64,000 bases of DNA, taken from positions 860 to 64,859 of the forward strand of contig JBNAVT010000008.1 in NCBI GenBank assembly GCA_049700215.1, read 5' to 3'. The position numbers were made by a program, and so were the translations under genes. The notes beneath the pieces were generated by a model. That model ran no database searches. It had not been told where the DNA came from and saw only the letters and a list, made by a program, of their open reading frames with translations. This DNA comes from Thermoproteota archaeon. GTDB taxonomy: Archaea > Thermoproteota > EX4484-205 > JAAOZP01. This document shows, piece after piece, positions 28,051-37,813 of this stretch; position 1 is the first letter of the stretch, and every line of letters starts with the position of its first letter.

Positions 28051-29067
28051 ATGAGGAAGGTTAGAATAGGAATTGTTGGAGTCGGAATCCAGGGTGAGCA
28101 ACAGTTAAAATCGTTAAAAACAATAGAGCACGCCGAGGTTCTCGCAGTCGCAGACCTGAATGGGAAAAGGGCTAGGGAAATTGGGGAAAAATACGGTGTT
28201 CCAAGAATATACGCTGATTTTCAAGACCTTGCTAGGGATCCCGATATTGAAGCGGTTTCCGTCTGCACGCCAGACCACCTGCACACGGAGCCTGCGCTCA
28301 CAGCTCTCGAGAACAATAAGCATCTGCTCGTGGAGAAGCCTCTTGCGACAAACGTGGCTGACGCGCAGAAGATAGTTGAAGAAGCGGGTAGACGCAGCCT
28401 CAAGCTTATGGTTAACTTCAGCAACAGGTGGAGCCCTCCCTTCCGGCTGGCTAAGGACGCGATAGAGGCAGGTGAGATTGGTAGAATCGTCAATGCTTAC
28501 ACGCGTCTAAGCGACACAATATATGTTCCAACCGAAATGATAAAATGGTCGGATAGGACGAGTGTTCTCTGGTTTCTCGGAAGCCATGTTTTCGACCTGC
28601 TGAGATGGCTGTTCCAGAATGAGGCTAAAAGAGTCTTCGGAGTTTCAAGATCCGTCGTGCTGAACTCGAGGGGAATTCAGACCCCGGACTTCTACCAGGC
28701 TATAATCGAGTTTCAAAATGGAGTCACAGCCGTGATGGAGAACAGCTGGATTCTCCCCAGGGGCGAACCATTCATAGTGGATTTTAAAATGGAGATTTTC
28801 GGGGAAAAAGGGGCAATTAGAATAGATAGGACTCATCACGGCAGCGTAAGGATTGTGAACGAGCAGAGGATGAGTTTTCCCGACGTGTACGTCCTACCCA
28901 CTGAAAACGTCAGCGTGTTCCTGAGAGCCGGGTTAGAATGCTTCGTAGACTGCTTGATTCACGACTCGAAGCCACCTGTGACTGGAGAAGACGGTCTTAT
29001 CGTGACTAAAGTCATAAGCGCTATTATTAGGTCGAGCGAAACAGGCGTGCCTGTTGAAATCGGCTGA
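28051..29067 (+). CDS. Gfo/Idh/MocA family oxidoreductase
   Basis: GIVGVGIQG Rossmann motif, TPDHLH and EKP motifs. Confidence 0.92.
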   Translation: MRKVRIGIVGVGIQGEQQLKSLKTIEHAEVLAVADLNGKRAREIGEKYGVPRIYADFQDLARDPDIEAVSVCTPDHLHTEPALTALENNKHLLVEKPLATNVADAQKIVEEAGRRSLKLMVNFSNRWSPPFRLAKDAIEAGEIGRIVNAYTRLSDTIYVPTEMIKWSDRTSVLWFLGSHVFDLLRWLFQNEAKRVFGVSRSVVLNSRGIQTPDFYQAIIEFQNGVTAVMENSWILPRGEPFIVDFKMEIFGEKGAIRIDRTHHGSVRIVNEQRMSFPDVYVLPTENVSVFLRAGLECFVDCLIHDSKPPVTGEDGLIVTKVISAIIRSSETGVPVEIG

Positions 29068-29204
29068 ACAAGACTGAATGTTTTCCTCTTCCTTCTAAGT
29101 ATGGGAAGATTAGAATCCCAGATGGCTCAAACTTGGAAAGGTTTGCATCCCAGATTTAAACCCGTCTTAAAGATTAAATTCCAAGATGCTTATAAAAACT
29201 AAGG

Positions 29205-30290
29205 ATGAACCCGAGGGAAAGGTGTATTAAATCCATCGAGTTCGAGGAAATAGATCGGGTGCCCACCGTCTTTAGGGCGAGGCCGGAGGTAATTTCACTG
29301 CTTGAGAAACACCTTAACGTAGAGGGGTTCGACAGCATCTGCTCTAAACTCGACGTGGATGTTAGGTTTGCTCCAGCAATCGGCTTAACCGGTGGCTACG
29401 TTCCCGAGGGAGTAGAAGTCAAGGAGGGGCCGTATGAGGCTGCTTACACGATTGGGTGGAGTGGCGAGTATGAGCTTAGGAAAGACAGGTGGGGGATAAT
29501 AAGCAAGTGGTCGAGTAAAACCTATACTTATCAGTATGTTGATCATCCTCTTAGAACCATAGATGCTGAAGACTATGTCTTGCCTGAAGTTAATGAAGAA
29601 TGCTTCGGGCTTGTGAAAAAATACAGGGCGGGAAATGAAAATTTCTGCGTCTACGGCGGCGTGATACACCTTTTTGAAATCGCGTGGCAGCTGACAGGCT
29701 TCAACGAGCTCATGGTGATGATGAGGAGGAACGATCCTAGGGTGGGGAAAATTCTCGACATGCTTAACGATATACGTTTGAAACAGGCTAAAATGCTGCT
29801 GGAGGCTGATGTCGACGTTATTTACGATGGTGACGATGTGGGTGCGCAGAACACCATGATAATATCTCCAGCCCTGTGGCGAATATTTCTCAAGCCTAGG
29901 TACAAGCTCCTCTCAGACTTGATTCATTCTAAGGGTAAGTATTTCTTCTTTCACAGCGACGGCTGGATTGAGCCCATAATTCGCGACTTGATTGAAATAG
30001 GTGTTGACGTGCTCAACCCGGTTCAACCGGAAGCCATGGATCCTGTTAGGGTAAGAGAGCTATGCGGGAGCAGGATGGCTTTTGAAGGCACGCTTTCTAT
30101 TCAAAGAACGCTTCCGTTTGGGAGCGTTGAGGACGTGAGAAAAGAGGTTGGGAGAAGAATTAGGGAACTCGGGTCAACCGGGCTGATCATCGGCCCCTCG
30201 CACTCCCTGCAGCCGGACACTCCGTTAGAGAACATTCTTGCAATCTATGACGCTGTGAAACAAGAATCATTAAAGCGGCTCAACTGCTAA
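29205..30290 (+). CDS. Uroporphyrinogen decarboxylase/MtaA-like family protein
   Basis: GDDVG, FHSDG, GVDVLNPVQP, DTPLENI. Confidence 0.88.
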   Translation: MNPRERCIKSIEFEEIDRVPTVFRARPEVISLLEKHLNVEGFDSICSKLDVDVRFAPAIGLTGGYVPEGVEVKEGPYEAAYTIGWSGEYELRKDRWGIISKWSSKTYTYQYVDHPLRTIDAEDYVLPEVNEECFGLVKKYRAGNENFCVYGGVIHLFEIAWQLTGFNELMVMMRRNDPRVGKILDMLNDIRLKQAKMLLEADVDVIYDGDDVGAQNTMIISPALWRIFLKPRYKLLSDLIHSKGKYFFFHSDGWIEPIIRDLIEIGVDVLNPVQPEAMDPVRVRELCGSRMAFEGTLSIQRTLPFGSVEDVRKEVGRRIRELGSTGLIIGPSHSLQPDTPLENILAIYDAVKQESLKRLNC

Positions 30291-30369
30291 GGCTTTTGGC
30301 TAAACGTGTTCAACCACCCCCTTGTTTGAAGCAGCACCGGGTTTCAAAGTGATTACCGGTAAGCTTTAA

Positions 30370-31599
30370 ATGAATGGCTGGAAAAATACTTTCATGCTGG
30401 CGGTGAAAGGGGGGAAGCCTATTCGAACCAAGCCTTGGCCAGCGTGGCCGGTCTATGATGAAAGAGAGATGAAGGCTCTTGAAGAAACTTTGAAAAGCAG
30501 GTTTTGGGGAGGAGGCGTTGAGGAAAGCGGTCCCAAGGAAAAAGAGTTTGAAGAAAAATTCTCTAGGTTCCACGGCTGCAGCTACGGGGTTTGTGTTTCA
30601 AGCGGTACAGAAGCCTTACACTTAGCCCTCCTTTCAATAGGAATAGGCCCGGGGGATGAGGTTATTGTGCCCGCGCTCACGTTCTGGGCGACGGGTAGTG
30701 CCGTCTTAATGACTGGAGGAAGCCTAGTCATAGTGGATGTTGACCCCGAGTCGTATTGCATGAGCTTTGAAGAGGCTGAAAAAAGCGTTACGAGTAGAAC
30801 CAAGGCCATAATCCCTGTCTACAACTACGGTAACTCTCCGGATATGGATAAACTGTCAGAAATCGCGGAGAAGCATGGTCTCGCGTTAATAGAGGATTGC
30901 GCGAGAGCCCACGGCTTCATGTGGAGGAACAAGCCGGCGGGGTCGATTGGAGACATTGGCTGCTTCAGCTTTCAGCAGGGGAAGCTCATGACCGCTGGAG
31001 AAGGGGGAATAATAATAACTAACAATAGGCTTTACGCTGAAAGATGCAGGGCATTAAGAACATGCGGAAGAGTAAGAGGGGACGACGTGTACAGCGTGGG
31101 GATTGACTACTGGTGGAACTGGTGGAATTTCAGGATGACGCAGTTTCAAGCGGCAATACTGCTAGTCCAGTTGGAAAGGCTTGAGGAGCAGACGAAAACC
31201 AGGCAGGCTAACAGCGAGTACTTAAGCAGGAGGCTGATTGAAATCGAGGGAATCACCCCACTTAAGACCGATGAAAGGCTGACTAGGCATCAGCCTTGGC
31301 CATACTTGTTTAAATACGACTCGAAATGCTTCGGAAATATTCCGGTTGAAAGATTCGTGGAGGCTCTTAAAGCTGAAGGTGTTCCCTGCGGCAGAATAGA
31401 TCATCCGCCTCTCAGCATGACGCTGACAGCCCACGGCTCTCCGTCGCGAATAGTAAGAAAGCCGAAATACCCTGTGGCGGAGGGTGCTATCCGGGAAGCC
31501 GTTACACTGCCCCAGTCAATATTCCTAGGGGCTAGGGAAGACATGGATGATATAGTGGAGGCTATAGTTAAGATTAAAACTCATTCCGGCGAGCTTTAG
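30370..31599 (+). CDS. DegT/DnrJ/EryC1/StrS aminotransferase
   Basis: SSGTEAL, IEDCARAHG and PLP-lysine motif FSFQQGKLMTAGEGG. Confidence 0.93.
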   Translation: MNGWKNTFMLAVKGGKPIRTKPWPAWPVYDEREMKALEETLKSRFWGGGVEESGPKEKEFEEKFSRFHGCSYGVCVSSGTEALHLALLSIGIGPGDEVIVPALTFWATGSAVLMTGGSLVIVDVDPESYCMSFEEAEKSVTSRTKAIIPVYNYGNSPDMDKLSEIAEKHGLALIEDCARAHGFMWRNKPAGSIGDIGCFSFQQGKLMTAGEGGIIITNNRLYAERCRALRTCGRVRGDDVYSVGIDYWWNWWNFRMTQFQAAILLVQLERLEEQTKTRQANSEYLSRRLIEIEGITPLKTDERLTRHQPWPYLFKYDSKCFGNIPVERFVEALKAEGVPCGRIDHPPLSMTLTAHGSPSRIVRKPKYPVAEGAIREAVTLPQSIFLGAREDMDDIVEAIVKIKTHSGEL

Positions 31600-31622
31600 T
31601 TTCTCAGTCAACATCCTTACGG

Positions 31623-32192
31623 TTAAAGGTTGCCGCGATAATACTCGGTAGCTGGGCATCCTACGCATTCTTCATACTTGTATCTGTTGCAGTAGTTGCA
31701 ATTCACGCCGCAAGGCGCCTCTTCCAAACCTCTATGCGTCAAGCGTATTCTTACTGGCATAAGCGGAGAGTAACCAGTGTCTTTTATCTGGTAGAACTCT
31801 GACCTACGTATTCCCCTCCCGCTTCTCAAAGAGCATTTCCCCATGGAGATGCTTTCCAGGGTCTTCTGGTTTTCAGCAGCTATTAGAGCCATCATGTTGT
31901 ATCCACCAATCAGCGTGAAAATATAGATTATCCGAGGGCATTCCTCGAAGCGTTTAAGAAGCCTCTCCATGGTCTCAGCCCCGTCTGTTTCAATTAGGAC
32001 CATGGCTAAACGCATGTTGAAATACTTCAGGTTCATTTGAGCCGACACCCTGATCGCCTCGTCTTCAAGGAGTTTTTCAAGCCGCTTCTTAATCCCCATA
32101 CTCGTGTAACCAGTTATCCTCCCCAGTTTCTCTAGGGTTGTACGGCCGTCGGCCTGCAGCTGAGATATTATTTTCCTATCTACCTTATCCAT
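31623..32192 (-). CDS. Lrp/AsnC-type regulator with C-terminal four-Cys cluster
   Basis: MDKVDRKIISQLQADGR HTH start; C-terminal PCGVNCNYC...CVGCPA. Confidence 0.85.
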   Translation of the reverse strand: MDKVDRKIISQLQADGRTTLEKLGRITGYTSMGIKKRLEKLLEDEAIRVSAQMNLKYFNMRLAMVLIETDGAETMERLLKRFEECPRIIYIFTLIGGYNMMALIAAENQKTLESISMGKCSLRSGRGIRRSEFYQIKDTGYSPLMPVRIRLTHRGLEEAPCGVNCNYCNRYKYEECVGCPATEYYRGNL

Positions 32193-32250
32193 TATTGTTT
32201 GAATTATAAACAGAAGATATAAATATTGTTTACGATTTAAACCACCAGTC

Positions 32251-33198
32251 ATGAATGGAGCGTCGCAGGCGCAGCACGCCGGGTTTAGAAGAGAAGAGCT
32301 AGGGGAGCAGGAGAAAAGGCTCAGGGAGAAAATGAGCAGGGTTAAGCATAAGGTTGCGGTGATCAGCGGCAAGGGTGGAGTAGGAAAAACGGTGGTGACG
32401 GTAAACCTAGCAGTAGCCTTCGCCAAGAAGTGTAGTCTTGGTAAAGTGGGTATTCTGGATGCAGATATTCATGGCCCATGCGTACCCCGGATGCTTGGCA
32501 TGAAGGGAGATATTCTAAGAGTGAGCCCGCTCGGAGCCTTCCCTGCAACAGGTCCCTTAGGAATTAAAGTTGTTTCAATCGATTTCCTTCTGCCTAGTCA
32601 GGAGACGCCGGTTATATGGCGCGGCCCCCTTAAGATGTCGGCGATCAGACAATTCTTATCCGACATTACTTGGGGCGAGCTCGACCTTCTTCTCATCGAC
32701 CTCCCTCCGGGCACTGGTGATGAGGCGCTCAGCGTCATGCAGCTACTGCCGGAGATGGATGGCGTGGTCATCGTCACAATACCTTCAGAGGTTTCTCAAG
32801 ACGTGGTTAGGAAGGCAGTAATGTTTGCGAAGGAGCTTAACATACCAGTCATAGGAGTGGTTGAGAACATGAGTGGCTTAATATGTCCAAACTGTGGGAC
32901 GAGGATAGACGTTTTTAAAGCAGGAGGGGGAGAGGAGATGGCGAGGGAGATGGGCGTTGATTTCCTAGGAAGTATCCCTTTGGACCCGCGTATATGCGAG
33001 GCGTCCGACGAGGGCGTACCGTTCATAATGAGCCAGGAGGATTCGCCTACAGCCAAATCCTTTGCTGAAATAGCTGAGAAAATATGGAGTTTCCTTGCTG
33101 AAAAAGGTAGTGTTGAAACGAAGACTCGTCCCGAGCATGTTCGGGATAAGGATAAAAACGCGTTAAGACAGGAGGATGATAAGGAGGTGGATTGTTAA
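32251..33198 (+). CDS. Mrp/NBP35 Fe-S cluster carrier ATPase
   Basis: SGKGGVGKT, VIWRGP, DLPPGTGD, ENMS..CPNCG. Confidence 0.95.
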   Translation: MNGASQAQHAGFRREELGEQEKRLREKMSRVKHKVAVISGKGGVGKTVVTVNLAVAFAKKCSLGKVGILDADIHGPCVPRMLGMKGDILRVSPLGAFPATGPLGIKVVSIDFLLPSQETPVIWRGPLKMSAIRQFLSDITWGELDLLLIDLPPGTGDEALSVMQLLPEMDGVVIVTIPSEVSQDVVRKAVMFAKELNIPVIGVVENMSGLICPNCGTRIDVFKAGGGEEMAREMGVDFLGSIPLDPRICEASDEGVPFIMSQEDSPTAKSFAEIAEKIWSFLAEKGSVETKTRPEHVRDKDKNALRQEDDKEVDC

Positions 33199-33605
33199 TG
33201 CCTAATGAGAAGGAGAGTGTTCAACCCAGGATTCTACACCCCTGCCACCAGATTGCTGAACAGGAGAACATGGCTTGGGTCTGCGACGGGGCTGCGAACG
33301 TTGGGCAAATAGGGCATGAGATAGGTGTTCTGCTTACAAACCTAGGTAAAGCCAGAATGTGCTGCACGACTGCAGTCGCAGCAGGCTCAAAGCCGCACCT
33401 AGACATAGCTGGAAGAGCTAAGAGAAACATAGTTATAAACGGGTGTGGCAACAGGTGCGCCTCCAAAGTCTTGGAGAACGCTGGGAAAAAGATCGACTAC
33501 GAGATCGATATATCTAAGTACCTGCGAAAAATACCGACTCTAGACATATATGAGGCGGATGTTCAGAAAATAGCGCAGATAATCATCGATGAAGCGAAGC
33601 TCTAA
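33198..33605 (+). CDS. DGC-domain putative zinc-binding protein
   Basis: CDGAANVGQI, MCC and NGCGNRCA pattern. Confidence 0.8.
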   Translation: MPNEKESVQPRILHPCHQIAEQENMAWVCDGAANVGQIGHEIGVLLTNLGKARMCCTTAVAAGSKPHLDIAGRAKRNIVINGCGNRCASKVLENAGKKIDYEIDISKYLRKIPTLDIYEADVQKIAQIIIDEAKL

Positions 33606-33749
33606 AGCTCAAATACAGCGAATTAAAAATCTTAAAATCAACATTCAGTGTAATAGTAGTGTTTTCAACACTTATTTTAAGCGTATGGCCTACTGTCACT
33701 AGTTTAGAAAATAAACCCCTGGGGAAAGATTTAAAAACCTCACTGGAAA

Positions 33750-34148
33750 ATGGCGACTCTCAAGATGAAGAGCGCTAAAAACCGTCCCAGATTCATAATG
33801 TGCTTCTGCACCGGAGAATGCCCAGGATTCGCGAAACTAGAGCTCTGGAAACTTGTGAACTTCGTTAGAAACGAGCTTGATGTTGAGTACGCTGTTATCC
33901 ACCCGCAGCTCTGCGTCACGGATGGAGACAACTTCCTGAGAGACCTTTTGAAAGACGGGGATAAGGATAGGATCTATGTGATCGGCGGATGCGACCCGAG
34001 AATGCAGAGGAAAATGTTTAAGGATGTTTTCACTGAGAAAGGCCTCGACTTCGATAAGCAAGTTGTTTCACTCGACCTTAGAAACATGGAGACTCCGGAA
34101 GCCATGAAGAAAGTTGCTGAAACCATTGAAAAACTAACGGCTAGTTGA
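33750..34148 (+). CDS. Stand-alone HdrA N-terminal-like Cys protein
   Basis: CFCTGEC, QLC, GGCDPR and LDLRN pattern. Confidence 0.6.
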   Translation: MATLKMKSAKNRPRFIMCFCTGECPGFAKLELWKLVNFVRNELDVEYAVIHPQLCVTDGDNFLRDLLKDGDKDRIYVIGGCDPRMQRKMFKDVFTEKGLDFDKQVVSLDLRNMETPEAMKKVAETIEKLTAS

Positions 34149-34168
34149 AACAATGGAGGTTTACGGGA

Positions 34169-34450
34169 ATGAGTAAGGCAAACCTATGGCCGCCGAGAGA
34201 AGAAATAGAATGGTACCCAAGAATAAACCAGGATCTGTGCATTAAATGCGGGTCCTGCGTCGAGTTCTGCATGCATGGAGTATACTCAAGGCAGGGAGAC
34301 AAGGTCGTGGTTTCCAAACCATACGAGTGCGTCGTGGGCTGTGAAGCATGTAAACACAGGTGTCCAGCCGGAGCCATAAGCTTCCCCTCCAGGGAAGAAT
34401 TAAGACAGATGCTGAAGGCCTTGAGAGAGAAGTATAGTGATAATAAGTAG
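34169..34450 (+). CDS. 2x[4Fe-4S] ferredoxin
   Basis: CIKCGSCVEFC and CVVGCEACKHRCP. Confidence 0.9.
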   Translation: MSKANLWPPREEIEWYPRINQDLCIKCGSCVEFCMHGVYSRQGDKVVVSKPYECVVGCEACKHRCPAGAISFPSREELRQMLKALREKYSDNK

Positions 34451-34478
34451 CAGTAAGAAACCGGGATTAGAAGGGGAG

Positions 34479-35753
34479 TTAGCCAGGCTTCCCTACAAGT
34501 TTTAGAAATCCTTTCAACCCTTCCGTCTTGTCTGCAGTGCTCATGTGTTGAACAGCCCTTACCGCATAAACCACGGCTGTGACCGATGAATGCGTCAACA
34601 TCGCGTACATAGCGTATAAGGGTCTGTCTAACCATGAGAACAGTATCATATACAGAACGTACATGTTTCTCCTTCCATCCACCCTAGCAAACAGCCTGTC
34701 GAAATTTGTGTATGCTGTTAAAGCCCTTCCCAGGGTTTCCTTAAACTGCATGTAGCAATGCCTTACAAAGCTGTCTGCAAGAAGCATGCATAATCCTAAG
34801 ACCAGTGGCAGATAACTGTTTTCTAGGAAATGTAAGCTTAGTGCAAAACACACATACCATGCCTGCTCGTAAAGCATGTCAAACGTATGCTCAATATATC
34901 CAAGCTTTGTCAAAATCCCCCTTGCCCTAGCTAATTTCCCGTCAAGACCATCTAATATTCCAACCATGTAAGCTAGAATTGCTGCTATCTTCAAATGACC
35001 TAAGAGAAATAGTGCTGCAATGGTAAAAGCAAACAGGTTCATAAGTACTGTTATTCTGTTCGGAGTTATCCAAGGTATATCTGCTATATAGTAGATGATG
35101 TGATCTTCTATAGGCTTGTTTATGTAAGATGTGAAGTGGAGGCCTTTCTGAGTTCTGAAAATAAGCCTTCTTTTAGCATCCTCGATTGAACGCCTATCTT
35201 CTATTTTCACGCATATTGGATAAACGACACGTTTCAACCCTAAATGTTCAACTCGCATATTAGATACATCGAGTCTGGAGATTTGCAGCTCCTCTATTTT
35301 CTCAAACATTTCCCTGATTCTTTTTGAAAGAAGATACTCATATAATAACATAGAGTTCTCCTTACTCAACTTATATATTCCTACAGGTCTTCTGTTTAAA
35401 TAGCATGATACGTCTTTCTCTATTTTGATAAGTTCTTCTATAAACTCTTTATCTATTACAGTATCTACGCTTATTACAATAATATCGTCGTTTAGAAAAT
35501 CTTTAAGAAATCCATGTTCCCCTTTTGTTCCTAGATAGTACAGTTTTAAACCGATCTCCTCACCGTTTTTAAGCATGCTTCGTATTTCTTCTTCTCCAAA
35601 ACCTAGGACTATTAGTACTTCACTTATTCTCGAGGCTCTTAAAGAACTCAAGATTCTTGTTATCAAAGATACGCCACATACTTTGATTAGTGCGACGGGC
35701 TTTTTCCCGTCAAATATGAAATCCTTCTCAGTTGCCAGTATTACTGCCTTCAT
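34479..35753 (-). CDS. NTP-transferase-like + CDP-alcohol phosphatidyltransferase (IPCT/DIPPS-like)
   Basis: TPNRIT and DGLDGKLAR motif; the N-terminal NTase lacks the GxGxR loop. Confidence 0.8.
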   Translation of the reverse strand: MKAVILATEKDFIFDGKKPVALIKVCGVSLITRILSSLRASRISEVLIVLGFGEEEIRSMLKNGEEIGLKLYYLGTKGEHGFLKDFLNDDIIVISVDTVIDKEFIEELIKIEKDVSCYLNRRPVGIYKLSKENSMLLYEYLLSKRIREMFEKIEELQISRLDVSNMRVEHLGLKRVVYPICVKIEDRRSIEDAKRRLIFRTQKGLHFTSYINKPIEDHIIYYIADIPWITPNRITVLMNLFAFTIAALFLLGHLKIAAILAYMVGILDGLDGKLARARGILTKLGYIEHTFDMLYEQAWYVCFALSLHFLENSYLPLVLGLCMLLADSFVRHCYMQFKETLGRALTAYTNFDRLFARVDGRRNMYVLYMILFSWLDRPLYAMYAMLTHSSVTAVVYAVRAVQHMSTADKTEGLKGFLKLVGKPG

Positions 35754-35784
35754 CTACAGCACCAAGATTATATTCCAAATTTCT

Positions 35785-37671
35785 TTAAGCATTTTCAGAA
35801 CCGCCTCCATGAAGCTTCTTAGTGAGCTTTTCAACAATCTTCTTGTAAAGGTCTTCAAATGTCTTGTAAAGCAGCTTTACCGTATCGTAAAGTATTAATA
35901 TGAAAAAGACGAATATTGCTAGAGCCCCTATTCTTGAAACCGGCTCCCCGATGTAAGGAATGTTTCTAAGCTGGGGAGGGACATAAATCCAGAGTATTAT
36001 AGCTATTACAATATATAGTAAGTCGGCCAGCACGTGTCTGAGAGTGAATTCTGAAACCTTTATGACGAATACTAAGCGTTTGGTAGCAACATCTATGAGA
36101 AATTTTAAAGCCATCAGTATACGATAACCAAAATAGATAAACACTATTAGGGATAAGGCGGATAGCAAATGATCCGACTTTAAAACTAGGTCTTCAAAGG
36201 TTATTAAAGTAATGTCTTCGAAAACCGGCGTAATCATGTGAAGGAAAACAAGCGAGATAATAAGTTTCAGCGTATTGGAGAAAAGACTCTCAATTTTACT
36301 ACTTATTTCTCTCTTTTCTACTACGACTTCAGGCTTAGGTAGTTTAGCTTTCTTAGGCCTACTTCCCCCACCTTTACCCCTTACAGCTAATATGATAGAG
36401 CAGAATAGGAGAAAAATGGGGGCGAAAGATAAATAGTATAATCCGTAGAGAGGTAATGAAAATATAGTGGAAATGAAAACCACGAAAAGCAATACGTCTC
36501 TTGTTGCAGGTATGCTTTTCAAAATTCCAGTTTTAACGTTGCCGTTGAGAAACCGAGTTATGTAGCTTACCAGTGCAATATTAGCAGTTGCGAGAACGGT
36601 TAGGGGGAAAATAATATTGTTCCCAACTGATAATAACGGCATGAGGAATCCTAGCAATATGATAACATCTGAAAACCGGTCTAGTAGAAAGCCTACGTGA
36701 AGCCTCCACGTCTTCTCGCCACTCAGATTTATAAGCTCATTGCCTACTTCGCTTGTCAGTAATACCACTAAGGCTAGAAGTCCCCCTAACGAATATCCTC
36801 TTGCGAGAAGGAAACTGGTCAATATAGCAAATACTAACGAGACCAGGTGCAGCATTAGAGGCTCAATATTAGAGTTTCGATAAATAGAGACTGAGATGCA
36901 AGTCGACACGGGTTTAATAAGGAATCTGGAGAGTAATCCACCTTCATGTTCGTTCTCCCTCTTTAATATTTGCCAGTAGATCCTCCTACCTTTAACCAAA
37001 TCTTCCGGAGTATCTATATCCTTCCAGAGCTTTCCAGTAACATCTGCATAATCCACTTCATTATCAGCTGCCGCGAGCTTCAAAGCATCAGCTACCGTTG
37101 CCTTAGGTCCCTGCTTTTCTATCGCTTCCTCAATATACTTCTTCGCTTTTCCTCCGCAAAGTATTACGCCTGTATCTATTCCATGCCTAGGCAGGGTATT
37201 CTTATCCGCATAGGCTACGCCCTTACCATTCAGCACAATCTTCAAGCCTTCTTCAGCATCAGTCAAAGAGGGCTTCCTATCTAGACAAATCGTGAAAGCA
37301 ACTTCTCTGTTTGAAGATAAAACTTCCTCTATTATTGTCTTCTCGTAAATATGGTCTGACATTAAGAGTAGAAATCCTCCGGTGTTCAACCGTTTTAAAG
37401 CTAGGCTAACGCTGTAAAGATTGCCGAAATCTTCAACATCGGTCTCCACAATCTCCACCCTACTCCCTAACCTTTCTTCAAATACTCTTCTAAACCGAGG
37501 TCTTGTAACGATGAGAATTCGGCCGGGATTGAATTTTTCCATCCTACTCAGTATAAAATCCAATATTGTCTTACCTGGTTCCAGCTCCATTAAGCACTTG
37601 GGGATTTCTTCTGAATAAGGCCTTAGTCTAGAAGCAACTCCTGCAGCAATGATTACGACAGGGAGAGACAC
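35785..37671 (-). CDS. NTP-transferase + degenerate CDP-alcohol phosphatidyltransferase + extra TM domain
   Basis: AAGVASRL..IPKCL, GNLYS, LMSDH, DIDTPED; partial motif GFLLDRFSD. Confidence 0.8.
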   Translation of the reverse strand: MSLPVVIIAAGVASRLRPYSEEIPKCLMELEPGKTILDFILSRMEKFNPGRILIVTRPRFRRVFEERLGSRVEIVETDVEDFGNLYSVSLALKRLNTGGFLLLMSDHIYEKTIIEEVLSSNREVAFTICLDRKPSLTDAEEGLKIVLNGKGVAYADKNTLPRHGIDTGVILCGGKAKKYIEEAIEKQGPKATVADALKLAAADNEVDYADVTGKLWKDIDTPEDLVKGRRIYWQILKRENEHEGGLLSRFLIKPVSTCISVSIYRNSNIEPLMLHLVSLVFAILTSFLLARGYSLGGLLALVVLLTSEVGNELINLSGEKTWRLHVGFLLDRFSDVIILLGFLMPLLSVGNNIIFPLTVLATANIALVSYITRFLNGNVKTGILKSIPATRDVLLFVVFISTIFSLPLYGLYYLSFAPIFLLFCSIILAVRGKGGGSRPKKAKLPKPEVVVEKREISSKIESLFSNTLKLIISLVFLHMITPVFEDITLITFEDLVLKSDHLLSALSLIVFIYFGYRILMALKFLIDVATKRLVFVIKVSEFTLRHVLADLLYIVIAIILWIYVPPQLRNIPYIGEPVSRIGALAIFVFFILILYDTVKLLYKTFEDLYKKIVEKLTKKLHGGGSENA

Positions 37672-37813
37672 TGATTTTGATTCTAAATTTAGATATTAAA
37701 GTCTTTACTGAAGTTCCCCAATTTCGACAACTGTATGACCATAAAATTGGATATAGGAGACGCTATAAAATCTGCTCTGAGCAGGCATTACAATAAGTTT
37801 ATCCATTATATTT

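Noticed and set aside
32193..32426. N-terminal extension of ORF 31623-32426, and the many short antisense ORFs in the track
   Set aside because: These are shadows of well-supported genes on the opposite strand; the Lrp HTH begins at 32192.
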